Origin: a virus
IMG/VR virus record: IMGVR_UViG_3300045988_148900
Location: 70,552-134,551 of that record
Direction: 5' to 3' (one strand)
Length of the DNA stretch: 64,000 bases
Made by a program: the position numbers and the translations under genes. Each line of letters opens with the position of its first letter. The stretch's first letter is position 1. Positions 34,422-44,285 of the stretch are shown one piece after another. The notes under the pieces were generated by a model. It worked only from the letters and a program-made list of their open reading frames with translations. It had not been told where the DNA came from and did no database searches.

Positions 34422-35741
34422 TCAAAAAGTATAAGTACAACTACTGTCCTCCGTAGGAGACACACCAACTATCGACGATCGGGTATCCCCATCAGTCAAT
34501 GGATATAACTCTACTCTTGAACCAGCAGGCATAGAATAGGTCTCAGAGCGACTGCCTGAAATATTATTGATAATGGACACAGACACCGCAAGAGTAGAAG
34601 CTGGAGCCTGTGGTAATGCCGACAACCGTAACGTAGGAAGAACTCCTGTAGAAGAACTCTGCAAAAGTCCCCTAATAGTCACAGTGGTTTTAACTGCCTC
34701 CCCTGCCTGAACCACATTAACTCTGCCTAACAGACCAAAATCAGGTAAATTATATGAATACACATCCAAATAGCCTGTCCGATCTTGCCCAGTAGTATTA
34801 GCAGACCCAGACCTTACAAGAACCTGACTCTGAGTTGCACTATAAAATGGATTCTGGCTATCAACAACGAGCCAAGAAGTAGCAGACGTAAAGGTAACAG
34901 GAATAAACCTACTTGAAGTATCTAAACTCCCGGACGTAAAAGTGCAGATACCCGTATAATGAGCATACCCATACTGAGAAGACGCGGCCGCAGACGTTAA
35001 CCGTGGACCATTCCAAGAAACGCGACTTATATCAGAGATGCCTACAACCGAATTAGCCTCCTGTTGCAACCCTGTTATAATATCACTGCCGGACCCAGAA
35101 ATGGCATTCTCGGTAGCAGCATCTAAAGAAGTGGTGGAAATGCCAATAGTAAAAGTCAAGTTGGAATAAGACGGAGTAATAGTAGTGCCTAAGGAACTAA
35201 ATAAACAAGACTTCGTAGTATTATTACCATTTGCCGTCCATGCTGCATCTGACGCAGAACCAGAATAAGATATCATCCGATAATACTCACTCGGATCATT
35301 CTCCCATAAGACACCTCCAACATAAAATGTGTCACCGATAGCCTCAACCTCCGTAGTAACCACAGCTCCAGAGGCATAAGTATCAGTTCTATCCTTGAAA
35401 ACATCAAGAGTCAACGCAAGATTACATACACCAGCAGGAAATGTGAAAGAAGATGCAGAATCCACAATATTACCGTTGCAAACTAAAAAAGCACCCTTAA
35501 TCTTAAGAGGACCATAGGTGGTGCTAACAATAGGATCAATGCCCGACTGAGCAATCTCTATCACAGCATTACCTCCCGGATGATTCGGAGTGACAACAAT
35601 ATTCATAACACGAGACGATCCCGTGTTATTAGCAGTAGTATAAACCTTAATCGGCTGACTCTTAACAACAGGGTCCCACTCTATAGTAACCTTATCGGAG
35701 GCATCTGAACCCCACGGAAAGGAAGACGACGTAATAGCCAT
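34422..35741 (-). CDS. structural protein with BACON/Ig-like N-terminal domain
   Basis: ..ANNTGSSRVMNIVVTPN..AVIEIAQSG resembles the BACON N..R..i.v....i.i.Q pattern; S/T-rich. Confidence 0.45.
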   Translation of the reverse strand: MAITSSSFPWGSDASDKVTIEWDPVVKSQPIKVYTTANNTGSSRVMNIVVTPNHPGGNAVIEIAQSGIDPIVSTTYGPLKIKGAFLVCNGNIVDSASSFTFPAGVCNLALTLDVFKDRTDTYASGAVVTTEVEAIGDTFYVGGVLWENDPSEYYRMISYSGSASDAAWTANGNNTTKSCLFSSLGTTITPSYSNLTFTIGISTTSLDAATENAISGSGSDIITGLQQEANSVVGISDISRVSWNGPRLTSAAASSQYGYAHYTGICTFTSGSLDTSSRFIPVTFTSATSWLVVDSQNPFYSATQSQVLVRSGSANTTGQDRTGYLDVYSYNLPDFGLLGRVNVVQAGEAVKTTVTIRGLLQSSSTGVLPTLRLSALPQAPASTLAVSVSIINNISGSRSETYSMPAGSRVELYPLTDGDTRSSIVGVSPTEDSSCTYTF

Positions 35742-35745
35742 AATA

Positions 35746-38049
35746 CTAACTCTGTTTTTCTAATGTGAACAAGTCGTTCGAAGCAATATAAGCATCCTCT
35801 ATACCCTCAGCTGCGCCTACAAGAAAATCATTAGAGTCGGACGTTACCAACTGAGACCCATCAGAAACCTTAAAGTAAATAGCCTCCTTAGACCCTCCAA
35901 TAGGCATATCGATGGTGTATTTTTTTGATACAGCAGACGCCTGATCTGCTCCGACATATACATATACAGGAATACCATCCTGTGTAATAACAACACTCTG
36001 AGACACGGCTCCACTATAAGACGCCGTGACAGTTATACTCCGCTTATCCATAGACTGATTCTCCGCAGCAGTAACTGTAGTGCCCGACAAAGCGAAACCT
36101 GACGCAGAACCAGACAAAGTAGGAGTAACAGACTCCGTCTCTACAATACCTGACGAACCGGACGAATATACTGAGGTCTTACTCCTACTACACGAAGCTG
36201 AAATCGTAGAAGACCCACCCCCGTAACCAATAGTTGTAGGATCAGCCGAAATAGATATACCCCAAGCACCATAAGTATAACTCTCAATCTTGTTCTCAGC
36301 CTGAGTTAAATCAGCAGAATCTGTAAGAGCACCTACCGTCACAGTCAAAACTCCGGACAAAGCTGAACCTACAACAATGCCACGGTCGGACGCGACCACA
36401 ACACCCGCCCACAAATAAGAGGCTGACGGCTCCCAAGAAAAACCTGTGCCAGAAATAGACCAAGCTACTCGGGACGCATCTTGCAACTCTCCTACATAAG
36501 CTGAAGAATAGGTGGCCCGGCAAGTTGCGAAATGACGCCCTCCAGACGCCGGAAAACTACCATCAAAGGCAGCACCTCCTGCACTTGAGTATATCTTAAC
36601 TGACTCTATCTCATTCGCTGCCTGATAAACATCTACAGTATCTGTAGCAGTGCGACCGCTGTAGGTGGCCGTAACAGTAAGCTCCCCAACCTTCGTTCGA
36701 ACCTTTTCTGTAAACCCAAGAGTCGAAGCTGTGACTGGATCGGAGTAAGCATAAGTGACGTCGGCATACTGTGGAACCGTCTCTGAAGTGTAATCACCCG
36801 ATGTATAATAAGTACGCTTCTTCTGAGTACAAGACGGATTACCCGAAGATACAGTACCACCAGAAGCAGGAATATCTGCAACCGTAAGACTTACAGCCAA
36901 ATTGGTGTAAGAATAATGAGTTATCGAGTTAGACGCCTGATAAACCGTAGCTGTGGCAGCACCACTCTGACCATTCATCGTAACGGTGGCCGTCAAGGCA
37001 CCAATCTCTGTCTTGGCCTTCGCTGTAGTGCCTAAAGAAGGGGCTGATACTGGATCAGAATAAGTAACCGTACCACCTGAAGTCAAAGGCGAAAGTTCCT
37101 GAGTAGCTCCAGAAGAATAACTCTGAACTCGAGACTGAGAATAAGTTACAATACCTGAAGATACGGTTCCTCCCGAAGCCGGAATGTCCGAAACCGACAA
37201 AGAAACAACAGGCACGCCATAAGTAATCGTCGTAGCTTCATTCTTCGCCTGCGTAAACGTCACAGAAGTCTCTAAGCCTGAATACTTAGCTATCAAATCT
37301 GCCGTTCTAACCGAACCTACCTCTGTGCCTCGAGTGAATACATCTATCACTACATAAGTAGACTCTAATTTCCTTGCAGACATCATGTCTAAATCAGTCG
37401 AAACCCACTGGGTATCCAGCATTGGAGCCAAAGAACGAGTGCCGCTGGTATAAGTCGCATACAACTGACACCAGTAATTGTACATTCCTGCTGCGGAAAT
37501 ATTGAGCTTTAAGTCTTTGTCTCCAATCTCTCTAATCGCTAAAGAAGTGACACCATTGGCAGCCTGAGAAATAACAACAGTCGATGACACAACCTGACCA
37601 TCAAACGTATTAGAGTAGACCCCCGTGACCGTAATCTGACGAACTGTACCAGAAACTGCGCCTCTATTCTCGGCCGTTACCACATCTCCTGAAATAGAAA
37701 AACCATCGGCAGAACCAGACAAAGTGGGAACTACCGTCTCGCTACTGACCTGAACACCATTCCTGTAGGTTGCAAGGACTCCGCTGACCCTCGACGTGCC
37801 TCCTCCGACTCCAAGCATAGACGCAGAAGCGTTTAAAGTAAAAGCATAAGTATAAACCGCCTTCTCCTGAGTCACGCTAACAGTACAAACACCACCAAAA
37901 GCATTCTTAACCAATAAAGATGCAGTCCTATCTGACGTGGAAATATTCTCATCCGCAACAACCGTAACTAACTGACTGCCCGAATTGGACGGAGCAGACG
38001 CCGTCCAAGAACCCCCATCTGAAAACTCGCCTGAAACCAAATATGCCAT
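35746..38049 (-). CDS. structural protein with multiple BACON/Ig-like repeats
   Basis: Repeats ending TVSVTQEKA, VVISQAAN, TATVYQASN, TVDVYQAANE, VVITQDG; duplicated DIPASGGTVSSG segments. Confidence 0.5.
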   Translation of the reverse strand: MAYLVSGEFSDGGSWTASAPSNSGSQLVTVVADENISTSDRTASLLVKNAFGGVCTVSVTQEKAVYTYAFTLNASASMLGVGGGTSRVSGVLATYRNGVQVSSETVVPTLSGSADGFSISGDVVTAENRGAVSGTVRQITVTGVYSNTFDGQVVSSTVVISQAANGVTSLAIREIGDKDLKLNISAAGMYNYWCQLYATYTSGTRSLAPMLDTQWVSTDLDMMSARKLESTYVVIDVFTRGTEVGSVRTADLIAKYSGLETSVTFTQAKNEATTITYGVPVVSLSVSDIPASGGTVSSGIVTYSQSRVQSYSSGATQELSPLTSGGTVTYSDPVSAPSLGTTAKAKTEIGALTATVTMNGQSGAATATVYQASNSITHYSYTNLAVSLTVADIPASGGTVSSGNPSCTQKKRTYYTSGDYTSETVPQYADVTYAYSDPVTASTLGFTEKVRTKVGELTVTATYSGRTATDTVDVYQAANEIESVKIYSSAGGAAFDGSFPASGGRHFATCRATYSSAYVGELQDASRVAWSISGTGFSWEPSASYLWAGVVVASDRGIVVGSALSGVLTVTVGALTDSADLTQAENKIESYTYGAWGISISADPTTIGYGGGSSTISASCSRSKTSVYSSGSSGIVETESVTPTLSGSASGFALSGTTVTAAENQSMDKRSITVTASYSGAVSQSVVITQDGIPVYVYVGADQASAVSKKYTIDMPIGGSKEAIYFKVSDGSQLVTSDSNDFLVGAAEGIEDAYIASNDLFTLEKQS

Positions 38050-38055
38050 AGCAAA

Positions 38056-38565
38056 CTAAGCCCATGTGGCATCTACCGTTACATCCAAAACTGATGATGT
38101 AATCCCTGTGTCAAAAGTACAAGTCACAGAACCTCCCGGAATATAAGTACTCGCAGGACATACATCAACAACAAAGCAATAATGACTCAAAACATCCGTA
38201 CTTGATTCAGCATTCTTCTTCAACTGAAAACAAATAAAAGAATCCGGATGAGAAGAGTCAAAATACCAACGCCACTCATGAGCATCATAACTATTAATGC
38301 CCTCATCCGTCACTGACTGGCTAAAAGAAACATCGACTGACGGATAACACTCTATCTCAACACAAGCCCGACGATCCATAACATCCACCGAAACAGAAGA
38401 GCTGCTCAAAGAAACAGAATCATCCGGAACAGGAACATCAGATGGCTTGTTAAGCAATACACTACAAGTGATATAATAATCACACGTAGGAATGGAAATG
38501 CACGACGCGTAAGGATTCACAAGCCCCGACGCATACTGAAACTTATTTACAACAACATCTGCCAT
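38056..38565 (-). CDS. hypothetical structural-module protein
   Basis: 169-codon ATG ORF, 3 nt from its neighbours. Confidence 0.5.
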   Translation of the reverse strand: MADVVVNKFQYASGLVNPYASCISIPTCDYYITCSVLLNKPSDVPVPDDSVSLSSSSVSVDVMDRRACVEIECYPSVDVSFSQSVTDEGINSYDAHEWRWYFDSSHPDSFICFQLKKNAESSTDVLSHYCFVVDVCPASTYIPGGSVTCTFDTGITSSVLDVTVDATWA

Positions 38566-38568
38566 AAC

Positions 38569-38952
38569 CTACACCCTAATATCTAACAACTCATCCGTAT
38601 GAACAACAGACGCAGTATCGAAAGACGACCCAACATAATGAATGCCGCATGTTAAAACACCCGGAGCCAGATAACGCAAAAAATCAGGAGTCATAATCAA
38701 ACTCCAAGACTCGCGACCCCGAACAATATAAGCACCCGAATCACCCTTCTTGCGATCCGACTCCGGAACAAAACCGCGACTATAATCCACAACCCATAAG
38801 CGAGTACTCAACTGCGACGTGTAAACACAAACCTCAATATCGTAATCCCGAACGTAAACAACATCAGAGCACTTATGAAGCGTGAAAGATAAATAAATAT
38901 CCTCCTGACGATAAAAACGCCCTAAAGAACTATGGAACACATCACAACCCAT
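38569..38952 (-). CDS. hypothetical protein
   Basis: ATG at 38952, 25 nt below the promoter word; the track N-terminal 29 codons read through the word (YAIIYP) and a terminator. Confidence 0.5.
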   Translation of the reverse strand: MGCDVFHSSLGRFYRQEDIYLSFTLHKCSDVVYVRDYDIEVCVYTSQLSTRLWVVDYSRGFVPESDRKKGDSGAYIVRGRESWSLIMTPDFLRYLAPGVLTCGIHYVGSSFDTASVVHTDELLDIRV

Positions 38953-38977
38953 GAATAGACCTCCGGAATGATTTGTG

Positions 38978-38990
38978 GGATATATAATTG
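38978..38990 (-). promoter_or_regulatory. phage-specific promoter word
   Basis: Exact; 25 nt above ATG 38952; terminator 39011-39046 just upstream. Confidence 0.55.
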
Positions 38991-39010
38991 CATAACCCAA
39001 AAGACACCCT

Positions 39011-39046
39011 AAAAGAAAAGACCCCAGAGTGAAAACCACTCCAGAG
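39011..39046 (-). terminator. rho-independent terminator
   Basis: 10-bp stem including G-U pairs that form only in the minus-strand RNA, then TCTTTTCTTTT. Confidence 0.55.
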
Positions 39047-39070
39047 CCTCATGACTAAAGAACGCACAAA

Positions 39071-39886
39071 TTAAAACTGCTTGCCGCCATTACGGAAACT
39101 GCGACACTCATTGTAAAGCATCTTAGCCTTCACGTGCCACAAGAAATCCCACGAATTGGCCGCCATCCAACGATCCAAAAAGCGCAACGCCAAGCCTAAA
39201 CGATTCGACGCCGGAATACCCATCCCAAACAAGATGCGATAAAACTCACAAGCACAATCCGTAGGATGAGACGAAGCAAAAGCTGCCTTATAAGTGGCGT
39301 CGCACAAATAAGGCGAAACTCGAGCGACCTCCAAGGATCCCGTATTTGCCAGTAAAACATCGCCCCCCGAAAGCTCCCGAAGATAACCCGTACTGCTATT
39401 GACACACAAATACTTACTGCCAATCAAATCCAACGTGTAAATAGCTACATCCGCAAGCTCCTCCTGAGGAGTGCCCTTCAAAAACTCCTCGTAAGCCGAC
39501 TTATACACAGGAACAATAGAGTCAGTAAATGAAATAATTCTGTCCGGATCAACAGTCGAACCAGAAGACACTCCATCTGCAAGCTCCTCGGACGACACGA
39601 GACGACGCATAAACAGATCCTCGAAAGACGTACTACCCGACGAAACCTTCTCCGGATGACGACGATAGACCTCAACGACCTCCGACATCTCACAAACAAT
39701 CATAGCCATATTACGAGACGTCGGCCAGTCCTGCTCCCAGAAGCCATGTGAAGAGCTAATGCTATAGCACCAATCTGCAAGACGCAGAAACTCGACATCT
39801 GTAACAGAATAAGGTGCAGGCGAAGCATCCTCATACGAACGACTCTCGAAATCCGTAAGAACAGACGTAAATAATTTATTTTTCAT
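39071..39886 (-). CDS. MazG-like nucleoside triphosphate pyrophosphohydrolase
   Basis: HGFWEQ...MIVCEMSEVVEVYRR...EELADVAIYTLDL matches the MazG/all-alpha NTP-PPase E..E / E..D helices. Confidence 0.45.
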   Translation of the reverse strand: MKNKLFTSVLTDFESRSYEDASPAPYSVTDVEFLRLADWCYSISSSHGFWEQDWPTSRNMAMIVCEMSEVVEVYRRHPEKVSSGSTSFEDLFMRRLVSSEELADGVSSGSTVDPDRIISFTDSIVPVYKSAYEEFLKGTPQEELADVAIYTLDLIGSKYLCVNSSTGYLRELSGGDVLLANTGSLEVARVSPYLCDATYKAAFASSHPTDCACEFYRILFGMGIPASNRLGLALRFLDRWMAANSWDFLWHVKAKMLYNECRSFRNGGKQF

Positions 39887-39898
39887 GAACACTTGTTG

Positions 39899-40207
39899 TT
39901 AAAAAGCCGAACAACTCGAACCCGAACTTACCCACCCATTAGGCGTAAACCGAACCCAAAAAACAAAAGGTAAATCCGGAATGGTAAAGCAGACAACCGT
40001 AGCAACAAGACGACCATCTGGTGCATAATCGCGCTCCGTCTTAGCATGCTCTAAACGACGCCCCAAATAAAAACCAGAGCAAACATGCTGTATGATAGAC
40101 GCCTCGCTAATACCGCGCATACGCTTATGAGGAAAGCCCTGCTTAACCATGCAACAATAAACGTAAAAAGCCGAGACACAATATCCCGGCTCTCTGGAAA
40201 CAAACAA
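39899..40207 (-). CDS. hypothetical protein
   Basis: TTG start at 40207 or ATG at 40150. Confidence 0.35.
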   Translation of the reverse strand: MFVSREPGYCVSAFYVYCCMVKQGFPHKRMRGISEASIIQHVCSGFYLGRRLEHAKTERDYAPDGRLVATVVCFTIPDLPFVFWVRFTPNGWVSSGSSCSAF

Positions 40208-40214
40208 AAAACGC

Positions 40215-40415
40215 CTACTGTGATAACAGCTCCTTCAGCTGAGCAAGACTCATGCGAAAAGCATAAGGACCCTCGGAATCATCTGCATAGCCTACAAACC
40301 ATACCTTATCCGCAGCAAGCCCCTGACTATTAAAAACCGATAGCATATTAATAGGAGAAACCTGAGACTCTGAAACCTCACTACCAGACGACGCGCGTGA
40401 AACAGTATCTGCCAT
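40215..40415 (-). CDS. hypothetical small protein
   Basis: ATG at 40415, 16 nt below a one-mismatch promoter word. Confidence 0.4.
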   Translation of the reverse strand: MADTVSRASSGSEVSESQVSPINMLSVFNSQGLAADKVWFVGYADDSEGPYAFRMSLAQLKELLSQ

Positions 40416-40431
40416 AACCAATCAATTTAAC

Positions 40432-40444
40432 GGATATATAATTA
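40432..40444 (-). promoter_or_regulatory. phage-specific promoter word (TAATTATATATCCGTTAAAT)
   Basis: One change; 16 nt above ATG 40415; terminator 40445-40485 abuts it. Confidence 0.5.
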
Positions 40445-40485
40445 CAAAAATGGTGCCGGAGAAACCTCGTAAGAAACCCGGCACC
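40445..40485 (-). terminator. rho-independent terminator
   Basis: GGTGCCGG-N18-CCGGCACC then ATTTTTG, abutting the promoter word. Confidence 0.55.
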
Positions 40486-40625
40486 TCAAATGCTAAAATA
40501 CTGCGTCTGGGAAAGAATCAACTACAAGAAATCCAACGCAGCTGCTGAAATCGTATCTCACGACAAAAACCCAGCTTAAAATATCATCACTAACATTTCA
40601 ACATGAGTGATGTCTCGTATACGTA

Positions 40626-40654
40626 AGAAAAAGCTCCTGATATGAATCAGGAGC
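40626..40654 (-). terminator. rho-independent terminator
   Basis: GCTCCTGA-TTCATA-TCAGGAGC then TTTTTCTT. Confidence 0.7.
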
Positions 40655-40696
40655 CCACACTACAACAATATGGATCGAACTCGCCTAAGTCCATCC

Positions 40697-40709
40697 GGAT
40701 ATATAATTG
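40697..40709 (-). promoter_or_regulatory. phage-specific promoter word
   Basis: Exact; followed only by a 15-codon ORF and a terminator about 40 nt downstream. Confidence 0.45.
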
Positions 40710-40725
40710 CTACATTGAGCCAAAC

Positions 40726-42066
40726 CTACTCCCGAGGCAGACTCCGAAGATAGGTGGCATCATAAATGCACTCCGACGCCGCCTTATCATTGCGGAAACG
40801 AATTAACTGTGGATTACGCAAGTGATAATACTTATCTAACCCGCACCCCTGAAGCTCTGCCACCATACCCATAAACTCTGGATTAAGCCGAGCAACACCC
40901 GCGTCCAAAACAGTAGCACGCTGCGACAAATGACCACTCAAAGGCAGAACTGCAAACAGCTGAGAATGCTCTCTACCATCCTCGTCGCGGCAAACAATAC
41001 TAAGATCCAACTGTGTAATACAAGACGCAGGACCGGAGCCTCCAGAAACAAAGACATCAAAAGTATCATCAAGAACCTGTGGCGAGATGTCAGTACCAAT
41101 GCGATGCTTCAACTTAACCCACACATCCTTAGAACGAGAACCCTTAGAGTTATAAAAAGCATCCCCATTATGAAACACAACACCCTCACCACCCCGGTTG
41201 AGAATAGAATCCAAAAAGGAAATCTTCTCGAATCGAGACCCAAGCACGCGAGGAATAGCACGCGCATTGACACCCGCGCGACGCAACATGTCTACACAAG
41301 ACGAATAAGCATCCCAACCCTCATGAATAGGACGGTTGAGGTAATTACGACGCCCAAAATACAAAGGACAGATAACGTTGAAAGTCAACATGTCGCGCCC
41401 CAAATGCTCCCGAAACCAAACCTGACAACGACGCGCGTCATCAGGAGACATAGAAAGCAACTCGTCAATAACCCCATCCTCAGTGCCGCAATCAATACCA
41501 GCCGACTTTGCATCCTGTAAAGTGCCATTCAAGGTCAACTCAACGTCAACTGCAATGATAGTATCAGACGGAAAATTGTGATTGCTCCAAATCATAGGAG
41601 TGTAATCGATAATAGAACAGTCATCATTGATCCCACGACCAAAGATAAACCAATCCAACGAACCCCCCATCGTATAAGACATCAATAACGCCCGAACGCC
41701 CTTAATCTTCTCCGTAGCCAACCACGCGGTAGAATCAAGGACAACATTTCTATCCTCCTCCGAAAGATCACTAAACCGAGAACATAGACAGAAGCTATCA
41801 ATGCGCAAAGCATACCACACACACGGATGGACTATCTCCTTAATAGCTGACAAATCCAAGACCTGTAGGCAAACAGGCTTTGATACAGAGTAACCCTTCT
41901 GAATCAAAGCCTTCTCGAACTCCGCAAGATAACGCAAGGCGCGCTGATAATCCGCTATGACAACCTTCCCCCCACGACCCGACGGCTGAAGCAACGACGA
42001 CAAAAATGACGGCTGATATAAAGCCTGCTTAGACGCCCATAAACGCTCGTAATCTGCCTTGACCAT
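40726..42066 (-). CDS. ATP-dependent DNA/RNA ligase-like nucleotidyltransferase
   Basis: Motif I-like EKIKGVR, motif IV GGEGVVFH, motif V VWVKLKH. Confidence 0.5.
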   Translation of the reverse strand: MVKADYERLWASKQALYQPSFLSSLLQPSGRGGKVVIADYQRALRYLAEFEKALIQKGYSVSKPVCLQVLDLSAIKEIVHPCVWYALRIDSFCLCSRFSDLSEEDRNVVLDSTAWLATEKIKGVRALLMSYTMGGSLDWFIFGRGINDDCSIIDYTPMIWSNHNFPSDTIIAVDVELTLNGTLQDAKSAGIDCGTEDGVIDELLSMSPDDARRCQVWFREHLGRDMLTFNVICPLYFGRRNYLNRPIHEGWDAYSSCVDMLRRAGVNARAIPRVLGSRFEKISFLDSILNRGGEGVVFHNGDAFYNSKGSRSKDVWVKLKHRIGTDISPQVLDDTFDVFVSGGSGPASCITQLDLSIVCRDEDGREHSQLFAVLPLSGHLSQRATVLDAGVARLNPEFMGMVAELQGCGLDKYYHLRNPQLIRFRNDKAASECIYDATYLRSLPRE

Positions 42067-42069
42067 ATA

Positions 42070-42279
42070 TTAAAAGTTTTTCCAAATAAGCAAAATACCA
42101 TTATAAGTGCTACAGAACGCTACGGCGACTAAAATTACAGAAGCCATGAAATCAACGGAGTTGAAGTAGCTCTGACGGAACAACCCAAAGAATAAAACCC
42201 CAGCAGCCCCAAACAATAAAAGACCACAGACGAATAGCAAGAAGCCAAGAAAAAGCTCTGAGACAAATCGAATAACCAT
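42070..42279 (-). CDS. small membrane protein
   Basis: Two hydrophobic helices. Confidence 0.45.
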   Translation of the reverse strand: MVIRFVSELFLGFLLFVCGLLLFGAAGVLFFGLFRQSYFNSVDFMASVILVAVAFCSTYNGILLIWKNF

Positions 42280-42284
42280 AGCTG

Positions 42285-42647
42285 TTACCTCCTAAGACAC
42301 CCAACACACTTCAAAACCGTTCGTAGCTCGTCTGCAGAAGTCACCGTACCTTCAAATACGGTAGCTAACCCACCAAAATCCGCCGCATCATAATAGTCAC
42401 TTGCCAAAATCAGACAATAATGACCCCACGGACTACCCCCTGTATTCCCATCCTCGATGAGAACAAAAAAGCCTCCGCTGTAGTCAAAAGCAGAACAGTG
42501 CGCCACTATATCAGCATAGCCACAATTCAAACCATCAGTAGCCACTAACAGCTCATCCACATCCCGAAGATCCTTCGGAACCGGAACAATACCTGTCTCA
42601 TCGTAAAACTGCCTCTCATTAGAGGTAGCTACATCCAACCAATCCAT
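42285..42647 (-). CDS. hypothetical protein
   Basis: 120-codon ATG ORF. Confidence 0.5.
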   Translation of the reverse strand: MDWLDVATSNERQFYDETGIVPVPKDLRDVDELLVATDGLNCGYADIVAHCSAFDYSGGFFVLIEDGNTGGSPWGHYCLILASDYYDAADFGGLATVFEGTVTSADELRTVLKCVGCLRR

Positions 42648-42653
42648 GAAAAA

Positions 42654-43577
42654 TTACTTCTTTAGAGTCTTCTTCTGCTTAACAGCCTCCTTACGGACCG
42701 TATCCATAGCATCCTGAACAACACCCTGAATATCACCACCCGTTACAGAAACCATCTGATCCTTATCGAACGCCGGACGCATCCAATCATCAAACAAACG
42801 ATAACGTCTATGCCATTCCGGATTATAATAAAACCCACCTAAAGAGGTGTTAGAAATAACATGAACATCATGCTCCTCTGCAATAACCATCAAGGACTGC
42901 ACAAAGGAACCAACATCAAGTAAAGACATGCTCTTAGCCAGACTCGACGAAAGACCTACATGAATATAAGTGAGATGTGGAGCTAACTCCGTAAAGACAT
43001 CTAACGCGGCCCCAATGTCTGAAATCGGGTTGAGGTCCAACCACGTTAAGAAACGAGCCGTATGGAGAGATTTGAGACCATCAACGAGGACCGAACGAGG
43101 CGACGCTCCTACGCGCTGACCAAGCATGGCAGGAAGAGTCGTGCCGAAAGAAACAATGCCGCGACGAATACCAAGCATCGCAGCATAACCCGGATACTCC
43201 TTAGCCCAATCAAGATGATCCGTAACAAAAGTCGCCGGAACACCCATAGCATTACACAACGAGAAAGAACGACCTGTAAGCTCCAGAAGCTCTTCTCGCA
43301 TAGGGTCCGCAACCATAGAGAAGAAGACACCACCATTAGCCCGAAGATCATCAAGATTCTCCACAAGCTCCTTCTCAAAAACATGATAAGCATCCTCCGT
43401 GTTCTTAAAGCACCGCTTCAAAACAGGAGACAACACAGGAGTGTCTAACCCAATGTTAGACTCGCTGTTAAACCAGCAAGCAGACGTCCGCTTCCCAAAA
43501 GAGTAAAAGTCACACGCCCAAGAAGTGTAATCGCAACCGACACCAACCGTCTTATGTAAAGCCTTATTGGAACCCAT
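42654..43577 (-). CDS. hypothetical protein
   Basis: 307-codon ATG ORF with ordinary (non-skewed) residue composition, enzyme-like but unrecognised. Confidence 0.55.
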   Translation of the reverse strand: MGSNKALHKTVGVGCDYTSWACDFYSFGKRTSACWFNSESNIGLDTPVLSPVLKRCFKNTEDAYHVFEKELVENLDDLRANGGVFFSMVADPMREELLELTGRSFSLCNAMGVPATFVTDHLDWAKEYPGYAAMLGIRRGIVSFGTTLPAMLGQRVGASPRSVLVDGLKSLHTARFLTWLDLNPISDIGAALDVFTELAPHLTYIHVGLSSSLAKSMSLLDVGSFVQSLMVIAEEHDVHVISNTSLGGFYYNPEWHRRYRLFDDWMRPAFDKDQMVSVTGGDIQGVVQDAMDTVRKEAVKQKKTLKK

Positions 43578-43639
43578 AATATTAAACCAAACAAATGAAA
43601 AACATTACCAACTTCAACGTACGACAGCACATAAAATCG

Positions 43640-44167
43640 TCAATGAGTTGCAAACCAGTCGCGAATGAAGTCAAACACCTCGCCAAAGAAGGGAAGAACA
43701 GACGAAACAGCCTCCTTTTTGTCGGGAGTAGCAAGGTTCCATATAAACATAACCGTTATATAGACAAACCAAAAGCCAAAGCAATAAAGCAACCGAGCCT
43801 TCAAGACCTCCCACCGAAGACCTAAATAACTAACCGAAAAATAGTACTTAATAGGAATAGCCATCGGCACAGCAAAGGTGAAAAGAGCATAAAGAATAAC
43901 CGACAGGATAACTCCAACCGTACACTGATCTGCCGTAAGGCACGTATCTGCGTCAAGAATAGGATAACACGAAATACCCCAAAGCAAGAACGACAACAAG
44001 GCAAAAATAACCAGCGAACCAGACTCTACAACAATATTGAAAAGAATCTTGAAAAGAGAAGAAAGAACCCCACCAATACCAGACGACTGCTTCTTTGAGG
44101 ACTCCTCATGCAAGAGAGCTAACACTGCATCATCAAAACCACTCTTGGCCTTAGCTTTAGCAAACAT
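43640..44167 (-). CDS. multi-pass membrane protein
   Basis: Four or more hydrophobic segments. Confidence 0.5.
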   Translation of the reverse strand: MFAKAKAKSGFDDAVLALLHEESSKKQSSGIGGVLSSLFKILFNIVVESGSLVIFALLSFLLWGISCYPILDADTCLTADQCTVGVILSVILYALFTFAVPMAIPIKYYFSVSYLGLRWEVLKARLLYCFGFWFVYITVMFIWNLATPDKKEAVSSVLPFFGEVFDFIRDWFATH

Positions 44168-44242
44168 AGAATTGAAAATTAAAAGTTAAACACCTACTTA
44201 AGTCACTGCAAATGTATGTTAATTAATTTAATCTATCAAATA

Positions 44243-44275
44243 AAATTAAAAAAAAGTGACCCGAATGTCACTTTT
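44243..44275 (-). terminator. rho-independent terminator (separated from its gene by tnpB element B)
   Basis: AAAAGTGAC-ATTCGG-GTCACTTTT then TTTTAATTTT. Confidence 0.65.
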
Positions 44276-44285
44276 AATTACATGT

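Noticed and set aside
40660-40700. tRNA gene suggested by a GAGTTCGATCC-like stretch
   Set aside because: No acceptor, D or anticodon arms can be folded around it, and the T-stem halves are not complementary.
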